A DNA stretch of 64,000 bases from the NCBI GenBank assembly GCA_964016885.1, contig OZ024747.1, positions 23,746,001 through 23,810,000 on the forward strand, in the 5' to 3' direction. The translations under genes were made by a program, and so were the position numbers. Below the pieces are notes generated by a model. That model was not told the origin of the DNA. It saw only the letters and a list, made by a program, of their open reading frames with translations, and did no database searches. Each line of letters opens with the position of its first letter. Position 1 is the stretch's first letter. Of the stretch, positions 13,021 through 26,554 are shown piece by piece. The stretch comes from Eledone cirrhosa. Lineage: Eukaryota.

Positions 13021-13677
13021 CACAAAACAAAATAAAGTCCACCCCATATGGTGATCTGGTGCTAAAACTATGCACCCAGTCAATCATTTCATTCCAGTAA
13101 GACAGTAGTGTTGGTTAAAGGGTTTCTATTTAAATTAAAATCTTCCAACATAATTTGATATTAGAACACAAAAATCACTTACATCAGGCAGTACTCATTG
13201 GTAATCTCTCTCTTATCTAGCTGTGTAACTTGAGAATCATACCCCCTTCAAACTCTGGCCAGAAATTAGGGTTCCACTTGAGATCCCAGACACACACAAG
13301 TCTCTCAATGAAATCTCCATAAGGAAAGAAACCCTTCATTTTCACCTTCTGCTGTTGTTTCAACTGTGCAACTTATATCCCCAAAGAACATTTGGTTAAA
13401 TCATTTAACAAATACCATCTTAATAATGAAATAATTAATTAGTTTAGTAAATCCCTCCAAATTCTTAATGAATTCAAACACGGTGTATTTCATTATAAAT
13501 ATGGTGACTAAAGGGTTAAAGTTCTTGGCTACTAATGTCAATGCCATAAGTTCAAACTGAGTTATTGATATTTTGTGTTTCATAAGGCTATATATATTTA
13601 TCTGTAATTTGAGAAAAACACAAAAATATATGCAATAATTAATTGTTTCTATGACTTTCAAAATTGTCTGATTTTAG

Positions 13678-13863
13678 GTTCTGGGCTGTGTCATGGTGGC
13701 CATGAGTATGGTAACACGTTTGCAACGTGAAGAAATCAGTCTGTTTCAGGCTATTGATATGGATCCAGTATACATTGTACTAGGAATGGGTGCTTTAGTT
13801 GTATTTATTAGTCTCCTTGGTTGCCTTGGAGCTCTAAGGGAAAGTGTTTGGACTCTTCATTTT
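13678..13863 (+). CDS. Tetraspanin coding exon 2 (end TM1, small loop, TM2): VLGCVMVAMS...DPVYIVLGMGALVVFISLLGCLGALRESVWTLHF
   Basis: ATTTTAG acceptor, GTAAGT donor at 13864, 186 nt. Contains GCLGALRE, the canonical tetraspanin TM2/inner-loop motif. Confidence 0.95.
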
Positions 13864-13909
13864 GTAAGTATAAATTATAAGTTTCTTTCATATATATATA
13901 TATATATAT

Positions 13910-14950
13910 ATAAATCAGGAAAGAAGAGTAACACGGTTTGCTATACAAAAAAGGTTTTTAATCTCATTGCTAACAATTGTTTCTCTGAACTGGTAGGTCT
14001 AGAGATCGCTACCCGCTTGTTTTCGCGTCATTCGATCACCAATACATAGTTGTAACCAGTCAATTCATCAGAGCTTGTGAGAATGAAAGGAATATACAGG
14101 CATGGCTTCTATATATAGTAATGGCATTCAATCAGAACAATAACAACAATACTAACAATGCTAGCAATAAATTATTTGAAATAATCACAACATCAATCTA
14201 AGTAAGAAACATAGTATATCTACGACTTTAGCGTGTAAAACTAGCTGACATGAGGCAGATATATGAAATTGACATGTAAAAGCTGTCATGGGGTGTATTA
14301 TATATAGTGGCTTTAAACAATGTACCATTTCTGTCAGATAATAAATAATTCTTACGGTCACCAGACCTACAGTAAAGGAAATGGTACATTGTTTAAAGCC
14401 ACCGGCTTATCTCTACACTATATATAATACACCCCATGACAGCTTTTATATGTCAATTTCATATATCTGCCTCATGTCAGCTAGTTTTACACGCTAAAGT
14501 CGTAGATATACTATGTTTCTTACTTAGATTGATGTTGTGATTATTTCAAATAATTTATTGCTAGCATTGTTAGTATTGTTGTTATTGTTCTGATTGAATG
14601 CCATTACTATATATAGAAGCAATGCCTGTATATTCATTTCATTCTCACAAGCTCTGATGAATTGACTGGTTACAACTTGGTATTGGTGATCGAATAACGT
14701 GAAAATAAGCGGGTAGCGATCTCTAGACCTACCAGTTCAGAGAAACAATTGTTAGCAATGAGATTAAAAACCTTTTTTGTATAGCAAACCGTGTCACTCT
14801 TCTTTCCTGATTTATCATTACTCCAAGTGTTAACAACATAGAAATCACCGCGTACTCAAACTTAGCCAAGCGTTGAAATCATCCACTACTCGGAGTACCA
14901 TAACTGGACTACACCTAAGTGGACTACCTATAACAATAATCTGTTATCCC
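13910..14950 (+). mobile_element. Penelope-type pLTR foldback (arms ~13910..14331 / 14378..14814), between (TA)n tracts, in tetraspanin intron 2
   Basis: Near-perfect reverse complementarity of the arms, a hammerhead motif in each, and the same architecture as 55340..56403. No coding remnant recognised. Confidence 0.75.
14651..14756 (+). ncRNA. Type I hammerhead ribozyme motif (mirror copy 13969..14074 on -)
   Basis: GCT-CTGATGA-[TTGACTGGT...ACCAGTTCAG]-GAA-ACAATTGT-T-AGC; stem III is palindromic. Confidence 0.75.
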
Positions 14951-15431
14951 GTATATATATATATTTATATATATCTAAGTTTAAATTCTGTCTCAAGCCC
15001 AGAGGCTCATCAGGCTGGTGCTTATCCCAGTTTCCATGGTGTTAAGCGGCTGAGAGTACAAGACACCTGGACAGGACGCCAGCCCATCACAGGGTTAAAC
15101 TCCCAGCTATTGCTAGTACTCATTTTCAGTTGAGTATACTGGAGCAACATGAAATGAAGTGTTTTGCTCGAGAACACAACCCATCCAGGAATTGAACCCA
15201 CAATGTTATGGTCATAACTCCAACACCCTTACCACTAGGCCACACACTTCCATATATATATATATATATCATCATCATTTAACGTCCATCTTCGACGGTA
15301 GCATCGGTTAGACGGTTTTGTTCCATTTGATGCAGGATTGGTCGGTAGACCATGTCTCGCTCGTACAGAAGTGTCTCTGGCAGGTTTTCTATGGCTGGAT
15401 GCCCTTCCTGACACCAACCACATTTATAGTG

Positions 15432-15469
<38 letters not shown>

Positions 15470-15637
15470 TACAGTACTAAAAAAGGGAAAAAAAATAATA
15501 AAAAAAGAAAAAAAGAAAAGTTGGGGGAGAAGACCTGCACATTCAATCACATGTCACCATTGTTCTGCATATTTTGTACTTTAGATAAAAAACGAATAAG
15601 AAAATAATATAAAAAGGTAAAGAAGCAGATATAAGTT

Positions 15638-16230
15638 TGTAGTGACCTACATTCCGCGGGCTCACATACATTCTCTGTGCGTGATTTGACTCAGTTCAGC
15701 CAATCAGCGCCAGTAGAAGAGGATGTGTCCATACGCGCCCTGAGGAAGAAATTCCCCGCGAAGATTTGAAGAATCTCTCTCTTGTACCAGGAATTTTGAA
15801 CCAACAACACACATAATGTAACGGTGAGATTTTGCACCCTAGCCTCGCCGGCTTAACGGCGCAATGGCACATTCCCTTTTGTAACCTCTTTTTATCTGTA
15901 ACTTCAACCATATAAGTTAACAAACATTGTTTGTGCTACATCAAAAATAAACATACATTTCATCTCTAATTTCTGCTGTTGAAATCATTATTATGTTACT
16001 CGTGTCTCAATAACATCTATAATCCATGCTGCTGGAATTGGCGACCTGACGAAAGGAATATTGTAAATACTAAGATGGTAAATAGATCGAGGGACCTTCC
16101 CTCACGTCTATGTCGACAAGATAATCCAACAAGGATACTATCACTTACCACACTGGCAACTAATGACCTTCAAACATTAAAGTGGCGACTATTCAACTTT
16201 CATACTACTACCCTGCTAAAAGTTCATTAG
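15638..16230 (+). mobile_element. Possible LTR + primer-binding site + decayed gag start (Gypsy-like)
   Basis: TGTAGTG start, AATAAA at ~15946, TGGCGACC at ~16039. No partner LTR and no canonical CA end. Confidence 0.3.
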
Positions 16231-17093
16231 AAAATCTTTTTTGGGATGGTTTCAATGATTTTCTAAATATGTATTTGTATTTGTTGAGAAACTTTATTTG
16301 GCTCTTTGTATAGGGCTAGTTCTATTGATTATTTAGAAATACCATATGAAGCCAATAAACAGCATATTCTATGGTTCTCACTGTTGTTGGTCTAATGCTA
16401 TTTCCTACAATTAGTGCTCCAGATGATTTAATCAATGGAACAGTCTGCTCTTGAAATTAACGTCCAAGTTGCTGAGCATTTTACAGACATGCACCCTCTT
16501 AATGTTGTTCTTAGGGCAATTCAGCAGCATGATACAGTGTGTGACAAGGCTGGCTTCTTGAATTACAGATACAACTTATTTTTGCCAGATAAGTGAACTA
16601 AATGAATGTGAAATAAAGTGTCTTGCTCAAGAACACAACACGCCACCAAGTTCGGGAATTAAACTCACAACCTTATGATCATGAGTTGAACACTCTACTC
16701 ATTAAGCTATGTGCCTTCACATACATTCTCACTGTATACTCCATCCAGTTTGAATGCAAATAGTGAAAGCTTCTAAGTTTTTTTTTTTGTTTTTACTTTT
16801 TCAATTTCTTTATATTAACTCTTAACATCCTGTAATGATTTAGCAGAAATTATCAAATATCTCAAAATGGGTTCATTACTGTATCATTACTTGTGGACAG
16901 ATTGTTGTGAAAATTTACTGTAGACTGAAGGCTCCATTTTTAATGTGATGCAGTCAAAACATTGATTTTGAACTTTTCAAGAATATGTTGCTAATGTGGT
17001 TTCATGCGGTACAAGAGACACTAAGAGTTAATTCTTTGATCAGAATTATGTATGTATTAGTGCAATGATATTTTTGCTCTGATTTCTTTGCAG

Positions 17094-17264
17094 TTCTGTG
17101 TTTGTGTGATGATGGTATTCTTACTTGAAATAGTTACAATTGTCTTTGCCCTCACACTAATGTCAAACATCCAAGGAAATATTACTCATAGTATCAGTAA
17201 AGGTATCAAACAATATGGATTAAATCAGAAAAAAGATGCTGTACTTGATGACCTTCAACAAAAG
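17094..17264 (+). CDS. Tetraspanin coding exon 3 (TM3, start of large extracellular loop): FCVCVMMVFLLEIV...DAVLDDLQQK
   Basis: TTTCTTTGCAG acceptor, AAG/GTAAGC donor, 171 nt. Hydrophobic helix with the conserved TM3 Glu and a D..Q motif before CCG. Confidence 0.93.
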
Positions 17265-18090
17265 GTAAGCTTAACCTTTTTGATACCAGCCTGTCCCAAA
17301 CCACCTCTGGTTCTATGAAATGAAAGAGTTCATACTTAAATTAAAACTTTCCATCATCATTTGACACAAGAACCTTTTGTTAAGCTATGTTACAAATAAT
17401 ATCATAATAATGAATAAATTTATAATTTTAGTGAATCGTTCTAAATCCTTAATTAATTAATTCAAATACTGTGTATATTTCATTAGAAATACAGTTATAA
17501 AGCGGTTAGTTGTGATTGATTTCTTATATTTTCACAAGAACTTAAAATGTGCAGGGAAAAGGTGGAATTGACCTCATTCGGTTTCGACAATGAGCATTCT
17601 ACTTGTTCAATCAATGGAACAACCTGTTCAGGAAATTAATGTATAAGTGGCTGAGCATTCCACAGACACATGTACCTTTAACCCTTTAGCATTTAAGCCA
17701 ACTGTATCCGGCCAGAATTCTCTCACTTCTTTCTGTTCAAACTAGCCATAACCGGCTGCTCATATTGATGTTAAGGTATTGTTTTCAAAATAAATGATAT
17801 CAAAGTCTCATAGATTTGATATTATGTGAGATAACTATGTGAGGTAAAGTCTTTACTGTGAAAATATAATAGTAAATATAGAGTAATGTAAATGCTAATG
17901 GGTTAATTCTCAGCATGTGACAAGGCTGGCCCTTTGAACTACAAGTACAGTCCATTGAATGGCCTTCCAAGCAGTTTCTGTACATCCAATTCCACTTACA
18001 ATGTCTTCTCGGTAAGACTGAATATCAAAGTAGAATTTTTTAAAATAATTGTAAACAGATAACAGAAGATTCCTTGTAGTCTACAAACTA

Positions 18091-18350
18091 AATTATTTCA
18101 GTCTCAACAGATGTCATAGATATCAGCAACTTATACCATTGCTACTCTAGTGATACATGCCCAGGCAGTGTGACAGAATTATTTCAGTCTCAACAGATGT
18201 CATATATATCAGCAACTTATACCATCGCTACTCCAATCATACATGCCCAGACAGTGTGGCAGAATTATTTCAGTCTCAACAGATGTCATATATATCAGCA
18301 ACTTATACCATCGCTACTCCAATCATACATGCCCAGACAGTGTGACAGAA
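18091..18350. repeat. 86-bp tandem repeat x3 in tetraspanin intron 3
   Basis: Units start at 18091, 18177 and 18263 (AATTATTTCAGTCTCAACAGATGTCAT...). Confidence 0.9.
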
Positions 18351-18717
18351 TGCTCTCTGGTCTGCAGAAGCCCAGGTGTAAGCCACCTCATAGTCTCAGC
18401 AGATAAAATGGGGAAAGCATTACCCCTAGGGCTAACAAACAAGGGAGATGCATTGAAATAAGCATGCCAACTTGCAGGGCTTACTCCTACAGGTGGTCAA
18501 CTACAACTTGATAGCAGTGTGGTTCAGAGACCATGGCATTGGTAAATGACACTTCCTCATGGTGCCACACAGGTTAAGGACTGTCAATATCAGTTCCTTG
18601 CAGAACACCAAAAAGGGACTCAATATACTATTTTTTCACCAGTTTTCTTACACTGAAGTATTTTAGTCTCACATATTTTATACTGTTTGAATCATTATTG
18701 GTTTTCCTTTAATTCAG

Positions 18718-18882
18718 TATAGTTGCTGTGGTACTAAGACATATGAAGATTGGAATTTTAATCCATTCTTCAACTGTAGTGCACTTGGACATCTTACATG
18801 TAGTGTACCAGATTCTTGTTGCCGCCCACCAATCAATACTCGGTGTGGATTCCTATGGAATTTACCACGAACGATTCACAGT
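18718..18882 (+). CDS. Tetraspanin coding exon 4 (large extracellular loop): YSCCGTKTYEDWNFNPFFNCSALGHLTCSVPDSCCRPPINTRCGFLWNLPRTIHS
   Basis: TTCAG acceptor, GTAAGT donor, 165 nt. CCG, DW, N.FFNC, VP.SCC and NT.CG motifs. Not in the ORF track; translated by hand. Confidence 0.96.
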
Positions 18883-19625
18883 GTAAGTAAGAGTATTTTA
18901 ATTTCTTTTATAAAAAAATGTCTTTTAATTAATTGTTTAACTGTTTGAAATGATTTTTTTGTTATCAAGATAAAAAAGTTCCTGATCAGTTAACCTCATC
19001 TTTCGAATGTTTAGATTTTATTTACTTACTTCTAATATCTTGTATACCACACGGTTAAGTTTTAATAAGTAAGTTTGGTTAATTTACAGAATTGGTAGTG
19101 TCAGATATGATAAAATGCTACTGTGGTATTTGTTTTGTGTTCAAAACCCACAGAGGTCAACTTTGCCTTTCATCTTCCTGGGGTCAATAGACTAAAGTAC
19201 TATTCAAGTACTGGGATTTATTCAATCAAGTTTGCCTATACCCCTACATTTGCTGACCTCGTGTCTAAATTAGAAATCAATATTTCAAAATTAGTATGTC
19301 TTTAATATGTCATTAATGTAATATACATGTATTACATGTGTGAGAAAACAACAAAAAATTTTTGAATATGTATATTTACTGGCTGAAAACTTGTTTCGGA
19401 AGCCGAAAGATTAATTTGCTTTTTTGCTCTGCATATTGCTAGACATAATTTCTACAAATTACTCACTTTTTTCACCTATCTTGCAAACTATACGCATCGA
19501 GCACACTAACCCTCTCTGTACTGGCTTGTAATTTTCTTAACTAATCACTTTCCTCTCCTCTTTGATTAGTTTGCTTACTTATTATTAATGTAATATATAT
19601 ATTTTTTTAATCTTATTCTTGACAG

Positions 19626-19736
19626 AGTCCAAACAAACATATTTTTAGACAAGGTTGTGTTCCTGTTTTGATGAATATCTTCAAAATGAATGCTGTCATT
19701 ATAGGGTTATCCATGTTAGTAATAGCGCTATTGGAA
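19626..19736 (+). CDS. Tetraspanin coding exon 5 (end of loop, TM4): SPNKHIFRQGCVPVLMNIFKMNAVIIGLSMLVIALLE
   Basis: TTCTTGACAG acceptor, GTAAGC donor, 111 nt. I..QGC motif supplies the eighth loop cysteine; TM4 Glu present. Confidence 0.93.
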
Positions 19737-21769
19737 GTAAGCATCATACTTTTATTGTTTTTATGTCATCCAATGTATATTATTCATCATTAGGCGGTGG
19801 ATTTGCAGTATCGGTAGAGGGTCAGACGCCATGCTTTGTAGCATAGAGTTACGGCCCTTTACCGTTTGAGTTCAAATCCTGCTGAGGTTAACTTTGCTTT
19901 TCATCCTTATGGAGGTTGATAAAATAAAGCACCAGTAATGCACTGGGGTAATTGCTGGCCTTGTTCAAAAAGTAGGAACAATTATTTATTATTAGAGATG
20001 ATTCATCAGTTGTGTCAAAAACACGATGGCCTCTCTTATGCTGTTGCTGTCATAAAATGCATAGTGCACTCTGTAAAGTGTGGAAATATATGTAAGCTAG
20101 ATGAGCACTCCCTCCTCCAACCCATCTGAGAGATCAGTGGCTCTGATTAAGTACTGACTTGGTCTATGGTGACCTGTCCAACTTGCTAGCAGAGTAAACA
20201 GATGTCAAAAGATGATGATGATGATGAAGGTGGTGGTGGTGCTCATTGTTGTCATCGTCATTGTTACTATCATCGCCATCATCATCATCATCATTGTCGC
20301 CACTGCCACCGCCTCCATTGCCATCATTGTCAACAACAATGTTTGTCTATTATCTATTTGTTTGGTTTCTAGCCCTGACCTTAGAAACAACAGTTTAAAA
20401 GTCAGTTTAGAGCCAACATAAGCTACTTTCAACAAAATCTGATTGACTAGTAGTTGCTACACATGGAAAGTTAGCTTCTCTATCCCCCCCCCCCCCCGCC
20501 CCCCAGGAGTAGTTGTCCTCATAGACAGACAATCTAAGTATGACATTGGTTTTACAATCATAAACAGTCTGTTCAAACATGCACTAAGCCAGTCTGTATC
20601 TTATCACATTAGTGTTGCTATTTACCACATGGGCTGAGGTCTGTATCTTGTTTACATATATGCTCCCAACATTATTCACCTTCAAGGCTGTACTGGGTGC
20701 ATTTTTCATGGCACCAGCACAAGAGAGATTTATGTGTCAGACCTATGACTGAAAGGTCCTCTCGTGGAAGCCCAGCCCAACACCAACCACCTTCACAAAG
20801 TGTACTGGGTGTGCCACGCCACATTGTGACACAAGTACTAGTAAAGCTGTAAGTCATTAACTCGACTGAAGAGTCTACTTGTAACATTTCCCTCCAGCTC
20901 AGACATCTGCATCAATTGTGGAGGAATATCTTTAATGAGCTAGGTTCAATTCTTAACTGGAAGTGTGTTATCATTTAGAAAAGTATGAAAGATACAACCT
21001 TCTACTTACCATTCTCCTGCAATTCTGATGCAGATATACAAATTCCTCATTCATCACAATCATCATTTTTTTTTTATGATCCACAATATAAACAACTTTA
21101 TGTATGGAATATATCCTGTAAATACAGTTTAATAGAAAAAGAAAATTTAGATTGAGAAGAATGGAATGTAAAATAGGAAAATATAAAGAAAAGAAAAAAA
21201 TATGGAAAGGGGAGGGAATGGCAAGGACTCTAGTGTCACAGAAGAATGGGGAGGGGGAATGTGGAGGATGATTGGGTTCTGGGCCTCAGTGCTAATAACG
21301 ATGATAATGATAATATGCAAATGCAATATTATACAAACGTGTGTTGGACCTCTATCAGTTCCAAGGAGAATTTCAGTTGTTTGATCAATGGAACAGCCTG
21401 TTCAGGAAATTAACATGCAAGTTACTGAGCATTCCACGGATGTATGTACCCTTAATATAGTTCTCAGGGAGATTCAATATTACACAGAGTGCAACAAGGC
21501 TGGCCTTTTGAATTACTGATACAATTCACTTTTGCCAGCTGAGTTGAAAGGAGCAATGTTAAATAAAGTATCTTGTTCAAGGACACACTGCACTGCTGGT
21601 ACTCAAACTCTTAACCCTATGATTATGAATCGAACAAATTATCCACTAACCCACATACCTTTGCTAAACATGTAATCAAATAAATACAGAAATATAACAA
21701 AAAATACACACAAACATGTGTATATTTACACAGATGTTCATATCAACTGCTTAGACCACCATCATCATT

Positions 21770-21810
<41 letters not shown>

Positions 21811-22494
21811 TAGTCTCCATTTTCCCTGCTAACAAGGGATAGAAGTGTCATCACAGACTGATCAATACTCAAGCAGAGCCTGTAGGTGGGCTGGGGGCCC
21901 AACATACAATCCTGCACTTTACTGAGTGCATTATATCACCGCACTTACACTAAGGAAGTAGTTATGTCCTTGACACAGCTGAAGAATTCTCCAGCCCTTT
22001 GTTTTGCAGGTTTTGTCTGGCTGGTTGCTCTTCCTTTCTCTAGCCACTTTACAGAGTAAACTGGGTGAATTTATCATGCAGCTCACAAACACTTGAGAGG
22101 TTGTAATACACCTGATATAACTAAAGAGTCCTTTTGACCCTTTTAGCATGGTTTCTACAACGGGTTGTTCTTCCTATTGCTAAGCATCTTATAAGGTGTA
22201 TTGGGTGCATTTTTCATGACTCCAGCACTAGAGAGGTTGTTGGTCATTAACTCAACGGAAGAGTCCTCTCTACCGTTTGGAGGAAAGAGGGTGGTATGTT
22301 ATGTGTGCGAGCTAAGGATGAAAGGATTTTACAGAGGGAAAGGGAAACTTCCAGCCATGTGGCAAGGTACTGTGATAATAGCTACTAAGGGATATGATTG
22401 GTATGCCAGGGTTATGGAGCAGGAAGGTGACCCTGGATAGAGTGTGGGGCTGTCAAATACTATTTGACTAAAATGTTTTCATCTCTATTTACAG

Positions 22495-22578
22495 ATTGTA
22501 TCAGTTGTACTAGCCTATCTAACCATCAAAGGAATCTATGAGAAGAACTCAGAACAACCATTTCCTTCTTCAATTTGA
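22495..22578 (+). CDS. Tetraspanin final coding exon: IVSVVLAYLTIKGIYEKNSEQPFPSSI*
   Basis: CTCTATTTACAG acceptor, completes TM4 in phase 0, TGA at 22576-22578. Total protein is 253 aa. Confidence 0.88.
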   Translation: MVSVVLAYLTIKGIYEKNSEQPFPSSI

Positions 22579-22803
22579 ATCACCGATATTACCTAAATGT
22601 AAAGGCCAGATATTAAGAAAAGATATATTTCCTAAATAATGCAACATTTAGAAAATAGTTTTCTTTTTACTAAAATCATAATTCTTTTCTTATTTTCTTC
22701 TTAGATGCATTAAACTATAATTTTCATTTTGAAGACAGTCAGTTTGAAATTTATACAAAAGCAGTCTAATGTATGCCTGTATGTATGTGTGTGTATGCTG
22801 AGG

Positions 22804-22809
<6 letters not shown>

Positions 22810-22836
<27 letters not shown>

Positions 22837-25697
22837 CATTTATTTATATGTATGATATATATATGTATATAATATAATATAATGTATATATATATATATA
22901 TATATATAACCCATGCAAGCATGGAAAAGCAGATGTAAAAACGATGATGATGATGAAATTAAGAGAGAGTTAGAGAGAGAAATAGATGTGTATATATTAT
23001 GTCATGATGATGAGATATATACATACATATATGTATGTATGTATATTATGTCATGGTGATGAGATATATACATACATATATATATATGTATGTATATATA
23101 TATATAAATATATATATATGTGTGTATATATATATGTATATATATATGTATATATATATGTAAGTGTATGTATATATATGTATACATATATATATCATGT
23201 AAGTATGTATATATATATATGTATACATATATATATCATGAAAGTATGTATATATATATATGTATACATATATGTAAGTATGTATATATATATATGTATA
23301 CATATATATATCATGAATTATATAAGGTATATTGGTATAGGAAAATACTGGTGTGTTGTATTTTTGTGTGAAAAGATGATACAGACTAATAATGCACAAA
23401 ATAATAGATACAGGATCTAGATTTATGCCTGTGGATTAAAAACAACAACCTATTATTGAATTACAAGAGTGATGGCAAGTACATGGCTAAGTTAAAATAG
23501 TTTGATATATGTTAAAATAAATTAGGTTATGTTAAATATAACTTTTCTGTTTGTAGAGATATTACATTAAATACTATATTTTTAATTGAAACGTTATAAC
23601 AAGAATAAAAATAAGTATGGGATTTATTTTGATGAGATGTAATAGTAAGATATATTTTTGTATTATATAAATATGTATATGTATGTGTGTATGTATGTGT
23701 GTTTGTATGTGTGTATGTATGTGTGTGTGTGTATGTATGCTTGTGTGTTTGTATGTATGTATGTTTGTATGTGTGTATGTATGTTTGTATGTATGTGTTG
23801 ATATGTGTGTATGTATGTATGTTTGTACATATGTATGTATGTGTGTGTGTGTGTGTGTGTATGTTTGTATGTTTGTATGTATGTATGTATTTATTGGAGG
23901 CAACTATGTTTGAGAAAAAGCAAGGGGAGCATACAGTTTTGAAGCATTCACTCCATGAGCATGACCGAAATGCAGTGCCTGCAAAAATCAAGCAGGCATT
24001 TAGGAGACAATTTCTTCTAACAAGAGCTGGATTTGTCAGTCATCTGAAGTCACCAGAACCAGGAAGAAATCAAGCCACTTCTGAGATGAATCTACTGCCA
24101 CATCCTCCGCAGTACATTTGCAATGAGTGTGGCTTAATTTGCAAATCTGCTGGTGGAGGCAGACTGTTCAAGTGTCTATCTGTGAAAGTGCTTGCAAAAA
24201 AAAAAGCTGGTCTGAAAAGTCACCTGCATAGACATAATCGACATAATCATGCATTGTTTAATGAAACGATGGCACTCTTCTGACAAAATGCAGCAATCAA
24301 CATATATGTATATGTATGTACATATATATGTATGTACGTATGTATGCATATATGTATTAATGTATGCATGTATGTATGTGTCTGTGTTTTTATTTTTAAC
24401 TTCTCACCAATAAAAAGAGAGAGCTGATTTCTAACATGGAAACATAAATCTTTCATTGGAATTTAGTTAACATGAATTAAGTAACTATGTCTGTATGAAT
24501 TTATGAGTGCGTGTGTCTGTTTGTGTGTATGTGTGTGTTTCTGCAGGTATAAATGTTATTGCATATGTGAATCTGTGTTTTTAGTTATATATGCACAAAT
24601 ACATATTTTCTATATCTTTACATGTGTATGTATATATGTACCCATGTGTGTATGTACGCGTGTATGTATGTTTGTATGTATATGTGTGTGTGTATGTATG
24701 TTTGTTTGTATGTATATATATGTGTGTCTGTGTATGAAGGTATATATGTAAGTATGGTGTATGTATATATGTGTGTATGTGCGTGTGTATGTATGTATGT
24801 TTGTATGTATATGTGTGTGTGTGTATGTATGTATATACATAAGTATGTATGTATATATGCATGTATGTATGTGTGTATGTATGTACATGTGTATGTATAT
24901 ATGTTTATATGTATATGTGTGTGTATATGTATGTATATATTTAAGAATGGTATATGTATATATATATATATATGTGTGTGTATGTACGTGTGTGTGTGTA
25001 TGTATGTATGTACATGTGTGTGTATGTATATGTGTGTGTATGTATGCATGTATATACATAAGTATGTATATGTGCACATATATAAATGTATGCATGCATG
25101 TACACATACACTGCTGTATATATATATCTATATATATATATATATATTAAAATACATATATATATATATTAAAATACATTTATGAAGACAAGATGAATAT
25201 GTAATGTATTAATTCTGATGACATAATAATATAATATACAAACTTGTTTGGTAAAAATATCTGCAGACAAATTTTCAAATATTTGTTACAAGAAACTATA
25301 TTGTCCCTATGTTTCTTTATTATATATTCTAAAGTTTTGTATAAATATATATATACATACACACACATACACACATATATATAAACACAAACATACATAC
25401 ACACATACAGACAGACACACACATCCATATATACACACACACAACCATACATACACACATACAGACAGACACACACATCCATATATACACACACACACAC
25501 ACACAACCACACATACAGGTAGACGCACACATCCATATATATATACACACACACACAACCATACATACACACATACAGACAGACACACACACACACACAT
25601 CCATACACACACACATGCATACATACATATGTATATACATACATACACACATACACACACACATATACACACATACATACAGACACACACACATATG

Positions 25698-25751
<54 letters not shown>

Positions 25752-25793
25752 TATATATATATACATATATACATATGTATGTGTGTATATATG

Positions 25794-25824
<31 letters not shown>

Positions 25825-25835
25825 TTGTGTGTGTC
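22810..25835. repeat. Compound (TA)n/(TATG)n/(TG)n/(CA)n microsatellite field
   Basis: Direct reading; source of the YI/HT/CV ORFs. Confidence 0.9.
23897..24302 (+). mobile_element. 3' end of a LINE (probably RTE/BovB-type) with decayed C2H2 zinc fingers
   Basis: RAGFVSHLKS, CNECGLICKSAGG and KAGLKSHLHRH pieces. No splice-bounded context; ends in a microsatellite tail. Confidence 0.55.
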
Positions 25836-26554
25836 TAGGCAGATAAACAGTTTGAAGGCCATTTGAAAAAAAAGTTATCTAAAAAGTTTTTTTTTACATA
25901 CTTCATGAAAAAATTTTTCATTTATTATCACTGTCAGTATTTGTGTTTGCCAATGATTAAGTTAACCAGATTGATTTTTTTTTTTTTAATTCTCAATATC
26001 TCTCTTATATAATCAAATAGCTTTTTGTTTACCTTTAATTCCTAGACACTGAAATTGAACCAAATGGAACATTTACTGGTTTACCATATTTTCAATTTAA
26101 ATTAGGTGTTTCGAATTTTCACTTCAATTCTTTTTTACTTCATACATTTATCCATTTAGAGATATTAGATGTATCTTCTTGAGAGAATTCTTAAAAGTAT
26201 ATTTTTTGTGTGTGATAGGATGAAATTGTTGATGAACAAACTTAATTAGGTGGAAATTAGGACAAATAGTAATTAAATACAATAATTAATATGTTTTCTT
26301 CATTTCAATCCTCTGCTCATACTACTGTTGTTAACCTTTAGCACGCTAGTAATTTTTATGAGTTGTTTCCCTTGACAGTGCATTATCTATTCAGGGGAGA
26401 TTACTCTTATGACGCCCTCTGTCACCCACAGTGTGTTGAAGGTTTATAAAACAAACCAGGACAGTCTTTAATGATTAATTAGCTGCATCTGAACGTTTAA
26501 AAAATACAATATTTGCAGTAATACTCAATAAATCCAATACAGCTGAGTTGGCAT

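Noticed and set aside
13693-14049. ORF-track protein taken as a complete gene
   Set aside because: It reads through the GTAAGT donor at 13864 into intron; only 13678..13863 is exon.
23687-24283. Host C2H2 zinc-finger gene
   Set aside because: Fingers are broken, lack TGEKP linkers and end in a LINE-like tail; better explained as a retroelement end.
22986-25866. Long YI/HT/CV-rich ORFs (also 4336..4569, 44807..45222, 56383..57051)
   Set aside because: Translations of microsatellites, open in many frames on both strands.
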